DNA from: Marsupella aquatica
Lineage: Eukaryota; Plantae; Marchantiophyta
NCBI GenBank assembly: GCA_973895155.1
Contig: OZ316891.1
Coordinates: 23,869,899 to 23,933,898, forward strand
Length of the DNA stretch: 64,000 bases
Direction of reading: 5' to 3'
Below, in pieces: positions 34,222 through 47,419 of this stretch. Below the pieces are notes generated by a model. The model had not been told where the DNA came from. It saw only the letters and a program-made list of their open reading frames with translations, and ran no database searches. Both the position numbers and the translations under genes were made by a program. Numbering within the stretch: position 1 is the stretch's first letter; each line of letters begins with the position of its first letter.

Positions 34222-35154
34222 CTAATCAGGGAGGTATTCTATGTTGCGAGCAAACAGGAGATTTTGATAGCAAGTAGATTTTGATAGCGAGACAATAATG
34301 GTTCCAAATTTCAGTTGCTTTTTGGTGCCCTTTACATTTTTTGTGTTTTTTTAAGGATTCCAGATTGCTAGCGAGCTTGCTAGCAAAAAGGGAGTCCCCA
34401 ACAGGGATGTTACCAACCAGGTAGTTGATAGCGAGGCAGTTACATGTAGAAAAATAGGGGTCATGCAGGAAATGTTTTTGCTCGTGCGAGTAAAATTTTT
34501 ACTGTTTGCTTGCACGTTACAATTACCCCTAATCAGGCCATATCTTCCTTAATACACCTCCGTTTCCCAAGTGTTATATATCAATTTTACTCGTCTTGAC
34601 CAGATCTTTCCAATGCTCTTTACAGATCCGGATTTGGTGACGTATTGAAAGAGATATGGTTGCCAACCACCCGCAACATAGCTTTTATTTCCCTAACATT
34701 CTAAGACTAGACTATGAACCACTAACCCAAATAACAAAATGAAGCTACACACCCAAGACATTTAGATTTCATCTTGAGCACAATCACCATACCCCACAGC
34801 TTCATATTCAGCTATGGAGACTCGCTTCCTTGAATTACCACGCCTACCTCCGTATCGGCGTCTTGAAGAGCCTCCATGCTCCATCTTGCTTGTCAAGAAG
34901 ATGGTATGCTTGAAGAGCTGAATCCTCTCTTCCCCAGTTTCTCCTTTGTGGCCTTGACAATGACTACCTCAACTATGTTTGCCTTGGTTGCGCAATCTTC
35001 AAGCTGAAATACCTTTATCCCTACTCTTAACGCCATGATTGCCCTTATTCTTGCCAGCTTGCTAATTGTTATGTGGTATCAATAACTACTCCTTGCATAT
35101 ATAGCAACCTAGTTACTCAGATTATAGAACAAGGACCATGTCATCGGCGTCACA
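34222..35154 (-). repeat. Probable 5' LTR fragment of a further family (starts TGTGACGCC at 35154), hosts the MITE
   Basis: TGTGACGCC terminus sits exactly where family A-like homology stops. Confidence 0.5.
34231..34529. mobile_element. MITE (~300 bp) with ~30-bp imperfect TIRs and 8-9-bp TSD (C)TAATCAGG; copies at 36947, 39663, 42379
   Basis: GAGGTATTCTATGTTGCGAGCAAACAG versus CTGTTTGCTTGCACGTTACAATTACCCC. CTAATCAGG at 34222-34230 and 34529-34537. Confidence 0.75.
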
Positions 35155-35254
35155 TCTTCCAAGCCGGATCCGGCCATGAAGCCTTGGTACTTCCGAGTCT
35201 GCATAGCCGTAAAGCATGCATCCTCTTCACGTGCAAAGTGTAATTGCACTTCCA
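35155..35254 (-). repeat. Fragment of inverted family A-like LTR ORF (repeated in each array unit)
   Basis: EVQLHFAREEDACFTAMQTRKYQGFMAGSGLE matches the family A LTR ORF. Confidence 0.85.
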
Positions 35255-36658
35255 GTTGCAGCTCAAGAGGCTGAGCTTCTGCAACTACGACCCAAAGTTG
35301 CAGCCGCCAATAAGTTGTTAGCAAAGGCGCACGCCCTTACCGCCCTAGCCGAGTAGGCCAAAGCTGGGAACAAGGCCGAGATTTCATGGCTCCGGTCCCA
35401 GATTGACAGTTTGAAGAATCAAACTGTCATCTGGCAGAAAGACTTGGAGGAGGCCGAAGAATGGGCCCAGCGGGACACTACGGAGATAGCCATGCTACAA
35501 GCCGAAGTAGCGCGGCTTCAGACCAAAGCTGAGAAGCAGGACCAGTTGGTGGGCAAGCTGACAAGCAACGCCCAGCAGTTGGAGGAGGCATGCCAGGAGG
35601 CAGTGGAGGAGACGGACGCAGCGAAGTGAGAGAACGAATCTCTGCTAGACCAAGTCAAGCTCCTCAAGTCGAGCTCCTCAAGTCGGACAACGATAGACTT
35701 TGCAGGCAGCGGGAGGACCGCTCCCACTCGGGCGGCTCTGGCAAGCGTGCCAGATATTAGCGGTGGAGTAGGAATGGAATAGGGTTAGGAATAGCTAAGT
35801 CAAGCTATTGGGACAGGCACCTGCCTTAGTTACAGCAGCACTGCCATGCTGTCCAGCCTGCGTAGATTAGGATCTTCTAATAAGACAGCCATTTTTTGGC
35901 CTGACAGTCAGCTTAGTTAGGACCTTAGTCAGCAAATCTTTGGGCGGGAGGACACTCCATTCCTCGACCCTTAGTATTTAGTGCACCCCTCGGTAGAGGC
36001 AAGGGGGGGTTTTTAGTCTCAGAGTTGGACATCGGTGGTAGATGCGGGGAGTCCTGACCTCTGGGAGTGAAAGAGTACCAAGGGGAGGGGGGTAGGACTA
36101 ACCTCGCCGGGCGAGTGCGGAGCCGGGCTCCATTGTAGTGTACACCCTCGGCCTTGAACCTGTTCATTCCGGAGCTGTCGGGTCAACCAAGTGTACACTT
36201 ATGTCCCCTATGTAGTAAAATCCTTTCCCATTATTTCCTTCGTGTAAATCGAGATTGTATGCTTGTGCGCGTGTATGTGTGTGTGAATCTCGTGTATAGG
36301 TGACAACGCCGGGCCGAACGCACTACCCAAATCGTGCACGGGGTGCAGCTTGCGGGTATGTGGTTGCGAGCACGGGTTGAGGACCTGTATCATCGCATCC
36401 GAATCGAGGGCGGACAACATGAAGGCTTAGAAGTCCTTAAGCCGGGGTCGATCCTGCTATCGACTAAGGTACGTTCCGGCGGCGGAACACAAACCATACC
36501 TAGGAGGTGTCCGTATCTCACAGTAGGCGCACTTAGCGCTAGTTTACGTGAATTAGGTGCATTACGTTCTTTCCTCCCTGCCTGAACCCTCATATTTACA
36601 AAGGATGTGCCCATTTAAAGCTGAAGCCCGAGTTAAGGCCAAGGCTGATGACGTGACA
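35254..36658 (+). repeat. 5'-truncated family B LTR (3' 1.4 kb), repeated in each array unit
   Basis: Collinear with 32560-33942, ends GACGTGACA. Confidence 0.88.
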
Positions 36659-39600
36659 GCTAACCTAGGCTAAGCTGAGCCCGAACCCGAACTTACCTAT
36701 GCTAACCCGAGTTCAGTCTAACCCGGGATCAATCTAATTTGAACCCGGGTTAAGCCTAAGCTGAAGCTGTGCTAACCTGAGCTAAGCTGAAGCCGTGCTT
36801 ACCTGAGCTAAGCTAAAGCCGTGCTTACATGAGCTAAGCTGAAGCCGTGCTTACATGAGCTAAGCCGTGGCCGAGCTTAGGTTAACCCGAAACCGAAGCC
36901 GAATCCGCTAATTCTGGCCACAAGTTAACCCGTCACACTAATCAGGGAGGTATTCTATGTTGCGAGCAAACAGGAGATTTTGATAGCAAGTAGATTTTGA
37001 TAGCGAGACAATAATGGTTCCAAATTTCAGTTGCTTTTTGGTGCCCTTTACATTTTTTGTGTTTTTTTAAGGATTCCAGATTGCTAGCGAGCTTGCTAGC
37101 AAAAAGGGAGTCCCCAACAGGGATGTTACCAACCAGGTAGTTGATAGCGAGGCAGTTACATGTAGAAAAATAGGGGTCATGCAGGAAATGTTTTTGCTCG
37201 TGCGAGTAAAATTTTTACTGTTTGCTTGCACGTTACAATTACCCCTAATCAGGCCATATCTTCCTTAATACACCTCCGTTTCCCAAGTGTTATATATCAA
37301 TTTTACTCGTCTTGACCAGATCTTTCCAATGCTCTTTACAGATCCGGATTTGGTGACGTATTGAAAGAGATATGGTTGCCGACCACCCGCAACATAGCTT
37401 TTATTTCCCTAACATTCTAAGACTAGACTATGAACCACTAACCCAAATAACAAAATGAAGCTACACACCCAAGACATTTAGATTTCATCTTGAGCACAAT
37501 CACCATACCCCACAGCTTCATATTCAGCTATGGAGACTCGCTTCCTTGAATTACCACGCCTACCTCCGTATCGGCGTCTTGAAGAGCCTCCATGCTCCAT
37601 CTTGCTTGTCAAGAAGATGGTATGCTTGAAGAGCTGAATCCTCTCTTCCCCAGTTTCTCCTTTGTGGCCTTGACAATGACTACCTCAACTATGTTTGCCT
37701 TGGTTGCGCAATCTTCAAGCTGAAATACCTTTATCCCTACTCTTAACGCCATGATTGCCCTTATTCTTGCCAGCTTGCTAATTGTTATGTGGTATCAATA
37801 ACTACTCCTTGCATATATAGCAACCTAGTTACTCAGATTATAGAACAAGGACCATGTCATCGGCGTCACATCTTCCAAGCCGGATCCGGCCATGAAGCCT
37901 TGGTACTTCCGAGTCTGCATAGCCGTAAAGCATGCATCCTCTTCACGTGCAAAGTGTAATTGCACTTCCAGTTGCAGCTCAAGAGGCTGAGCTTCTGCAA
38001 CTACGACCCAAAGTTGCAGCCGCCAATAAGTTGTTAGCAAAGGCGCACGCCCTTACCGCCCTAGCCGAGTAGGCCAAAGCTGGGAACAAGGCCGAGATTT
38101 CATGGCTCCGGTCCCAGATTGACAGTTTGAAGAATCAAACTGTCATCTGGCAGAAAGACTTGGAGGAGGCCGAAGAATGGGCCCAGCGGGACACTACGGA
38201 GATAGCCATGCTACAAGCCGAAGTAGCGCGGCTTCAGACCAAAGCTGAGAAGCAGGACCAGTTGGTGGGCAAGCTGACAAGCAACGCCCAGCAGTTGGAG
38301 GAGGCATGCCAGGAGGCAGTGGAGGAGACGGACGCAGCGAAGTGAGAGAACGAATCTCTGCTAGACCAAGTCAAGCTCCTCAAGTCGAGCTCCTCAAGTC
38401 GGACAACGATAGACTTTGCAGGCAGCGGGAGGACCGCTCCCACTCGGGCGGCTCTGGCAAGCGTGCCAGATATTAGCGGTGGAGTAGGAATGGAATAGGG
38501 TTAGGAATAGCTAAGTCAAGCTATTGGGACAGGCACCTGCCTTAGTTACAGCAGCACTGCCATGCTGTCCAGCCTGCGTAGATTAGGATCTTCTAATAAG
38601 ACAGCCATTTTTTGGCCTGACAGTCAGCTTAGTTAGGACCTTAGTCAGCAAATCTTTGGGCGGGAGGACACTCCATTCCTCGACCCTTAGTATTTAGTGC
38701 ACCCCTCGGTAGAGGCAAGGGGGGGTTTTTAGTCTCAGAGTTGGACATCGGTGGTAGATGCGGGGAGTCCTGACCTCTGGGAGTGAAAGAGTACCAAGGG
38801 GAGGGGGGTAGGACTAACCTCGCCGGGCGAGTGCGGAGCCGGGCTCCATTGTAGTGTACACCCTCGGCCTTGAACCTGTTCATTCCGGAGCTGTCGGGTC
38901 AACCAAGTGTACACTTATGTCCCCTATGTAGTAAAATCCTTTCCCATTATTTCCTTCGTGTAAATCGAGATTGTATGCTTGTGCGCGTGTATGTGTGTGT
39001 GAATCTCGTGTATAGGTGACAACGCCGGGCCGAACGCACTACCCAAATCGTGCACGGGGTGCAGCTTGCGGGTATGTGGTTGCGAGCACGGGTTGAGGAC
39101 CTGTATCATCGCATCCGAATCGAGGGCGGACAACATGAAGGCTTAGAAGTCCTTAAGCCGGGGTCGATCCTGCTATCGACTAAGGTACGTTCCGGCGGCG
39201 GAACACAAACCATACCTAGGAGGTGTCCGTATCTCACAGTAGGCGCACTTAGCGCTAGTTTACGTGAATTAGGTGCATTACGTTCTTTCCTCCCTGCCTG
39301 AACCCTCATATTTACAAAGGATGTGCCCATTTAAAGCTGAAGCCCGAGTTAAGGCCAAGGCTGATGACGTGACAGCTAACCTAGGCTAAGCTGAGCCCGA
39401 ACCCGAACTTACCTATGCTAACCCGAGTTCAGTCTAACCCGGGATCAATCTAATTTGAACCCGGGTTAAGCCTAAGCTGAAGCTGTGCTAACCTGAGCTA
39501 AGCTGAAGCCGTGCTTACCTGAGCTAAGCTAAAGCCGTGCTTACATGAGCTAAGCTGAAGCCGTGCTTACATGAGCTAAGCCGTGGCCGAGCTTAGGTTA

Positions 39601-42600
39601 ACCCGAAACCGAAGCCGAATCCGCTAATTCTGGCCACAAGTTAACCCGTCACACTAATCAGGGAGGTATTCTATGTTGCGAGCAAACAGGAGATTTTGAT
39701 AGCAAGTAGATTTTGATAGCGAGACAATAATGGTTCCAAATTTCAGTTGCTTTTTGGTGCCCTTTACATTTTTTGTGTTTTTTTAAGGATTCCAGATTGC
39801 TAGCGAGCTTGCTAGCAAAAAGGGAGTCCCCAACAGGGATGTTACCAACCAGGTAGTTGATAGCGAGGCAGTTACATGTAGAAAAATAGGGGTCATGCAG
39901 GAAATGTTTTTGCTCGTGCGAGTAAAATTTTTACTGTTTGCTTGCACGTTACAATTACCCCTAATCAGGCCATATCTTCCTTAATACACCTCCGTTTCCC
40001 AAGTGTTATATATCAATTTTACTCGTCTTGACCAGATCTTTCCAATGCTCTTTACAGATCCGGATTTGGTGACGTATTGAAAGAGATATGGTTGCCGACC
40101 ACCCGCAACATAGCTTTTATTTCCCTAACATTCTAAGACTAGACTATGAACCACTAACCCAAATAACAAAATGAAGCTACACACCCAAGACATTTAGATT
40201 TCATCTTGAGCACAATCACCATACCCCACAGCTTCATATTCAGCTATGGAGACTCGCTTCCTTGAATTACCACGCCTACCTCCGTATCGGCGTCTTGAAG
40301 AGCCTCCATGCTCCATCTTGCTTGTCAAGAAGATGGTATGCTTGAAGAGCTGAATCCTCTCTTCCCCAGTTTCTCCTTTGTGGCCTTGACAATGACTACC
40401 TCAACTATGTTTGCCTTGGTTGCGCAATCTTCAAGCTGAAATACCTTTATCCCTACTCTTAACGCCATGATTGCCCTTATTCTTGCCAGCTTGCTAATTG
40501 TTATGTGGTATCAATAACTACTCCTTGCATATATAGCAACCTAGTTACTCAGATTATAGAACAAGGACCATGTCATCGGCGTCACATCTTCCAAGCCGGA
40601 TCCGGCCATGAAGCCTTGGTACTTCCGAGTCTGCATAGCCGTAAAGCATGCATCCTCTTCACGTGCAAAGTGTAATTGCACTTCCAGTTGCAGCTCAAGA
40701 GGCTGAGCTTCTGCAACTACGACCCAAAGTTGCAGCCGCCAATAAGTTGTTAGCAAAGGCGCACGCCCTTACCGCCCTAGCCGAGTAGGCCAAAGCTGGG
40801 AACAAGGCCGAGATTTCATGGCTCCGGTCCCAGATTGACAGTTTGAAGAATCAAACTGTCATCTGGCAGAAAGACTTGGAGGAGGCCGAAGAATGGGCCC
40901 AGCGGGACACTACGGAGATAGCCATGCTACAAGCCGAAGTAGCGCGGCTTCAGACCAAAGCTGAGAAGCAGGACCAGTTGGTGGGCAAGCTGACAAGCAA
41001 CGCCCAGCAGTTGGAGGAGGCATGCCAGGAGGCAGTGGAGGAGACGGACGCAGCGAAGTGAGAGAACGAATCTCTGCTAGACCAAGTCAAGCTCCTCAAG
41101 TCGAGCTCCTCAAGTCGGACAACGATAGACTTTGCAGGCAGCGGGAGGACCGCTCCCACTCGGGCGGCTCTGGCAAGCGTGCCAGATATTAGCGGTGGAG
41201 TAGGAATGGAATAGGGTTAGGAATAGCTAAGTCAAGCTATTGGGACAGGCACCTGCCTTAGTTACAGCAGCACTGCCATGCTGTCCAGCCTGCGTAGATT
41301 AGGATCTTCTAATAAGACAGCCATTTTTTGGCCTGACAGTCAGCTTAGTTAGGACCTTAGTCAGCAAATCTTTGGGCGGGAGGACACTCCATTCCTCGAC
41401 CCTTAGTATTTAGTGCACCCCTCGGTAGAGGCAAGGGGGGGTTTTTAGTCTCAGAGTTGGACATCGGTGGTAGATGCGGGGAGTCCTGACCTCTGGGAGT
41501 GAAAGAGTACCAAGGGGAGGGGGGTAGGACTAACCTCGCCGGGCGAGTGCGGAGCCGGGCTCCATTGTAGTGTACACCCTCGGCCTTGAACCTGTTCATT
41601 CCGGAGCTGTCGGGTCAACCAAGTGTACACTTATGTCCCCTATGTAGTAAAATCCTTTCCCATTATTTCCTTCGTGTAAATCGAGATTGTATGCTTGTGC
41701 GCGTGTATGTGTGTGTGAATCTCGTGTATAGGTGACAACGCCGGGCCGAACGCACTACCCAAATCGTGCACGGGGTGCAGCTTGCGGGTATGTGGTTGCG
41801 AGCACGGGTTGAGGACCTGTATCATCGCATCCGAATCGAGGGCGGACAACATGAAGGCTTAGAAGTCCTTAAGCCGGGGTCGATCCTGCTATCGACTAAG
41901 GTACGTTCCGGCGGCGGAACACAAACCATACCTAGGAGGTGTCCGTATCTCACAGTAGGCGCACTTAGCGCTAGTTTACGTGAATTAGGTGCATTACGTT
42001 CTTTCCTCCCTGCCTGAACCCTCATATTTACAAAGGATGTGCCCATTTAAAGCTGAAGCCCGAGTTAAGGCCAAGGCTGATGACGTGACAGCTAACCTAG
42101 GCTAAGCTGAGCCCGAACCCGAACTTACCTATGCTAACCCGAGTTCAGTCTAACCCGGGATCAATCTAATTTGAACCCGGGTTAAGCCTAAGCTGAAGCT
42201 GTGCTAACCTGAGCTAAGCTGAAGCCGTGCTTACCTGAGCTAAGCTAAAGCCGTGCTTACATGAGCTAAGCTGAAGCCGTGCTTACATGAGCTAAGCCGT
42301 GGCCGAGCTTAGGTTAACCCGAAACCGAAGCCGAATCCGCTAATTCTGGCCACAAGTTAACCCGTCACACTAATCAGGGAGGTATTCTATGTTGCGAGCA
42401 AACAGGAGATTTTGATAGCAAGTAGATTTTGATAGCGAGACAATAATGGTTCCAAATTTCAGTTGCTTTTTGGTGCCCTTTACATTTTTTGTGTTTTTTT
42501 AAGGATTCCAGATTGCTAGCGAGCTTGCTAGCAAAAAGGGAGTCCCCAACAGGGATGTTACCAACCAGGTAGTTGATAGCGAGGCAGTTACATGTAGAAA

Positions 42601-44806
42601 AATAGGGGTCATGCAGGAAATGTTTTTGCTCGTGCGAGTAAAATTTTTACTGTTTGCTTGCACGTTACAATTACCCCTAATCAGGCCATATCTTCCTTAA
42701 TACACCTCCGTTTCCCAAGTGTTATATATCAATTTTACTCGTCTTGACCAGATCTTTCCAATGCTCTTTACAGATCCGGATTTGGTGACGTATTGAAAGA
42801 GATATGGTTGCCGACCACCCGCAACATAGCTTTTATTTCCCTAACATTCTAAGACTAGACTATGAACCACTAACCCAAATAACAAAATGAAGCTACACAC
42901 CCAAGACATTTAGATTTCATCTTGAGCACAATCACCATACCCCACAGCTTCATATTCAGCTATGGAGACTCGCTTCCTTGAATTACCACGCCTACCTCCG
43001 TATCGGCGTCTTGAAGAGCCTCCATGCTCCATCTTGCTTGTCAAGAAGATGGTATGCTTGAAGAGCTGAATCCTCTCTTCCCCAGTTTCTCCTTTGTGGC
43101 CTTGACAATGACTACCTCAACTATGTTTGCCTTGGTTGCGCAATCTTCAAGCTGAAATACCTTTATCCCTACTCTTAACGCCATGATTGCCCTTATTCTT
43201 GCCAGCTTGCTAATTGTTATGTGGTATCAATAACTACTCCTTGCATATATAGCAACCTAGTTACTCAGATTATAGAACAAGGACCATGTCATCGGCGTCA
43301 CATCTTCCAAGCCGGATCCGGCCATGAAGCCTTGGTACTTCCGAGTCTGCATAGCCGTAAAGCATGCATCCTCTTCACGTGCAAAGTGTAATTGCACTTC
43401 CAGTTGCAGCTCAAGAGGCTGAGCTTCTGCAACTACGACCCAAAGTTGCAGCCGCCAATAAGTTGTTAGCAAAGGCGCACGCCCTTACCGCCCTAGCCGA
43501 GTAGGCCAAAGCTGGGAACAAGGCCGAGATTTCATGGCTCCGGTCCCAGATTGACAGTTTGAAGAATCAAACTGTCATCTGGCAGAAAGACTTGGAGGAG
43601 GCCGAAGAATGGGCCCAGCGGGACACTACGGAGATAGCCATGCTACAAGCCGAAGTAGCGCGGCTTCAGACCAAAGCTGAGAAGCAGGACCAGTTGGTGG
43701 GCAAGCTGACAAGCAACGCCCAGCAGTTGGAGGAGGCATGCCAGGAGGCAGTGGAGGAGACGGACGCAGCGAAGTGAGAGAACGAATCTCTGCTAGACCA
43801 AGTCAAGCTCCTCAAGTCGAGCTCCTCAAGTCGGACAACGATAGACTTTGCAGGCAGCGGGAGGACCGCTCCCACTCGGGCGGCTCTGGCAAGCGTGCCA
43901 GATATTAGCGGTGGAGTAGGAATGGAATAGGGTTAGGAATAGCTAAGTCAAGCTATTGGGACAGGCACCTGCCTTAGTTACAGCAGCACTGCCATGCTGT
44001 CCAGCCTGCGTAGATTAGGATCTTCTAATAAGACAGCCATTTTTTGGCCTGACAGTCAGCTTAGTTAGGACCTTAGTCAGCAAATCTTTGGGCGGGAGGA
44101 CACTCCATTCCTCGACCCTTAGTATTTAGTGCACCCCTCGGTAGAGGCAAGGGGGGGTTTTTAGTCTCAGAGTTGGACATCGGTGGTAGATGCGGGGAGT
44201 CCTGACCTCTGGGAGTGAAAGAGTACCAAGGGGAGGGGGGTAGGACTAACCTCGCCGGGCGAGTGCGGAGCCGGGCTCCATTGTAGTGTACACCCTCGGC
44301 CTTGAACCTGTTCATTCCGGAGCTGTCGGGTCAACCAAGTGTACACTTATGTCCCCTATGTAGTAAAATCCTTTCCCATTATTTCCTTCGTGTAAATCGA
44401 GATTGTATGCTTGTGCGCGTGTATGTGTGTGTGAATCTCGTGTATAGGTGACAACGCCGGGCCGAACGCACTACCCAAATCGTGCACGGGGTGCAGCTTG
44501 CGGGTATGTGGTTGCGAGCACGGGTTGAGGACCTGTATCATCGCATCCGAATCAAGGGCGGACAACATGAAGGCTTAGAAGTCCTTAAGCCGGGGTCGAT
44601 CCTGCTATCGACTAAGGTACGTTCCGGCGGCGGAACACAAACCATACCTAGGAGATGTCCGTATCTAACAGTAGGCGCACTTAGCGCTAGTTTACGTGAA
44701 TTGGGTGCATTACATTTGTCCCTCCCTGCCCGAACCCTCATATTTACGAAGGATGTGCCCGTTTAAAGCTGAAGCCCAAGTTAAGGCCAAGGCTGATGAC
44801 GTGACA

Positions 44807-45427
44807 GTTCTTACAAAATAGAAGATCGCCGAGTTTGTCGGTAGTAGGTATCCACATGAATTCAGCCATGATGAGTTCTCCTCCTAAGAAGGCAAACTTT
44901 TGCAGCTCCCACAGTTGAGCGAGCTCCTGCCGTTCCCGAGCGGCTCTCTCCGATTCTTCATCCTCGTAGGTCCCAATGTCCTCAGTTGCCCGTTCTAACA
45001 GGGATCCCCAAAAATGAGCCGCTTGATTGATGTTGCTCATACCCTCCTTGAGTTGATTGTCGGTACCTGCTCCCGCCCAGAGTGCTTGCCTAAGCAGCTG
45101 ACAGTAGTTGGCCTCCCGTAGTTGGCTGCTTAGTTCGTGCTTGCAAATGAGCCATCATTCCTTGCAATCGATCCTTACCCCCCCCGATTGGTCTTCCTTC
45201 CCGTTAGTTACCCATAGCCGTCGGCACTTAGCGCGCCCTAACCCTAATCGTGTTCCCTCCCCCGGTGTCCTTACTTCCGGCCTCGGCTTGGGTTCCATAG
45301 CCACCCTTAATTGTTTATATTTTCCATCTTTTTGCTACTATACTAATGTGTTTCCAGGTTCTACTCCTTATTTTATCATTTAAACTAGCCTAGTGACGGG
45401 CCTAGTGATTCTTGGCTAGGCATCATA
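44807..45427 (-). repeat. 5' end of an inverted, diverged family A-like LTR
   Basis: MSNINQAAHFW...LLFCK homology. Ends at TATGATGCCTAG, equivalent to LTR start TGTGATGCCTAG. Confidence 0.85.
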
Positions 45428-47358
45428 GTCTCCCCCTGAGACAATTCTTGAGTTTCAGCTTCATTTGAATCTCCAAGCCTCATTGTGCCTTCATTGATCA
45501 GATTGGTTGAAGAAAGATGACGTATCAACCCTTGCTCCTTCCATTTGCTCCATCTGTCCTCCCGGCGTTGTTGGATTGGGATCATCCTTGTCCAAGTTAT
45601 CATCAACTTGGACTTCATTGGGCCCCGGAGGGATGTCATCAAATCAAAACAAATGAACGGTTTGGTGCAAGTCCAATATCATCATCTACATCGTAAGGCT
45701 CATCTTGACCAACACGGTCATCCAAATTCTTGACATATGCCCCCTCTGATGCCTCTACGCCTTCAGCCACTTTGTTAGCAACATCTTGAGACTCAGAACC
45801 ATCAGATTCAACAGTGACAGCTACAACCACAACAGTGGTAGCCCATTGTTGAGAATTTTCAGCAAGTGATTCACAATGGGCTTTAAGTGAGGGAACTCTC
45901 TTGCAAAGGTAGGAAGCAAAAGCTCCACAAAATGCCTCTCGGACTGAGAGTCACAATAAACAAAGCATTCCCTATCATAAAAAAATGATGTCTTCATGAC
46001 TTGGCACCGAGAGAAAATCTAGAACCGAATCTCCCGGTTGTGACAAGGATTCAATAATCCTTTGGATCATCCGTGTGGGTTTGGCATGAGGATTAACCCA
46101 CCCTCCGCGACTGCCAACTATCTCAAATCGAGGGGCCATATTCATAATCTTGACGGCCTCTTTCGGGTCCAAAACTACTTTAAGGTTGTTGTGTTGTGTC
46201 CCCTCATCTGATTCCTTAGCCTTCCCCTTTCCCTTGTCGATCTTGCATACTTTGTAATCAACATCCTTTGAAGTATACAAGAATTTGGGCTTTGGATTGT
46301 TGGGCTTGAAAACTTCATTACAATTGACATCTTCATCTCGAGAAATCCCCGCAAAGATAACTTCTTCAATCCCCCCACCCCAACATGAGTCATGAGGGTG
46401 CGGTTGATCATCTCGGGAATAACTCCCATACTCAATGTGAATGGTCAAAGATTTCTCTTGTCCCAATTTACAAAGGGCACCATGGACATTCAGTGCAAGT
46501 TGTCTAGGATGAACTGTTATCGTCACAACGGGCATCACAACAATCGTTGGATTTTGTGGAAGCTCCACAATGTATTCAAAGAGAACAAGAATCTCTGCTT
46601 CAGTCCACTGTTTTTGCTGAAGCCGGCTAAAATCAACAATGGCAAGAGGGCAGGTCGGAGGAGCTTCTTGCAATGAATGACTCTGGATCAATGGTCTTCA
46701 TGAGATTGTCGCTAAAAAATGTAACCCATGGTAGGGTCCGAGAACGAGATCCTCCACCAAATTTTTGGCAGTATATATCATCTAGGTGGAATGCCAATGC
46801 CGTCGGCAAGATTGCGCTCTCCCGCGTATGATTTGGCTTTAAAAGGTTGGCAAGATAGACCTCGCCAGCGGCTCTTCGACACCTGCTGAACTCTGAATCA
46901 ATTGCTAGCGTAGGAAGAACCTCAACTACTTTCCCCCAATTAGTATTTGCCGGGAAATTCACCGCATCCTTGGTGCAATAGTAGTCTTCAATAAGGGACT
47001 TCAGTTTCCGCACGATCTTCACATCTTTGGCCAACTCCTCTATAGATGGCATGTCTGATTTATTAGAGGCATCTTTCTTTAGCAATACCTTTCCTGACTT
47101 CACCCGTGTCAGTATTCTTGTGATGTCTCTTGGTGAGATCAACTCACCATCAAAACAACGAAACATGGCAACAGTAATTGCTTTTTCAGACTTCTCATTT
47201 CCTTCTACCCCAGCTCCATCGGGAAGTTTTCCATCCAACCACAACTGGCATACCAAACTCCATAACTTAAAAAGAGCATTGTCCGCAAAAAGTAACCAGT
47301 ATTTAACATTTCAACAATCTTTCCTTTCCATGGTCATTCTTGCAAGAGCCAACCAATC
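45428..47358 (-). pseudogene. Decayed last exon of ParB/methyltransferase-like paralogue (outer DNA element)
   Basis: Frameshifted pieces homologous to 50724-53096 (TVAMFRCFDGE, CPLAIVDFSRLQQ, NPHAKPTRMIQ, PGDSVLDF). Acceptor TGTAG|GAT at 47359/47358. Confidence 0.85.
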
Positions 47359-47419
47359 CTACAATTGCAAAGGAAAGTTTGTTAGTTCTCCATAATAGTC
47401 ACGAAACTTGACTACCTTA

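Larger units (their letters stand above)
33943..44806. repeat. Tandem array of four near-identical 2716-bp units
   Basis: ORFs recur at 35109/37825/40541/43257. LTR-B ends at 33942, 36658, 39374, 42090, 44806. Confidence 0.95.

Noticed and set aside
33943-44806. 4 x 2716 = 10,864 is close to the 10,884-bp unit
   Set aside because: The units are essentially unrelated and no mechanism links them. Treated as coincidence.
45428-45437. PPT-like GGGGAGAC before the inverted A-like LTR
   Set aside because: The sequence continues the reading frame of the outer DNA-element gene, so it is target DNA, not retroelement internal region.
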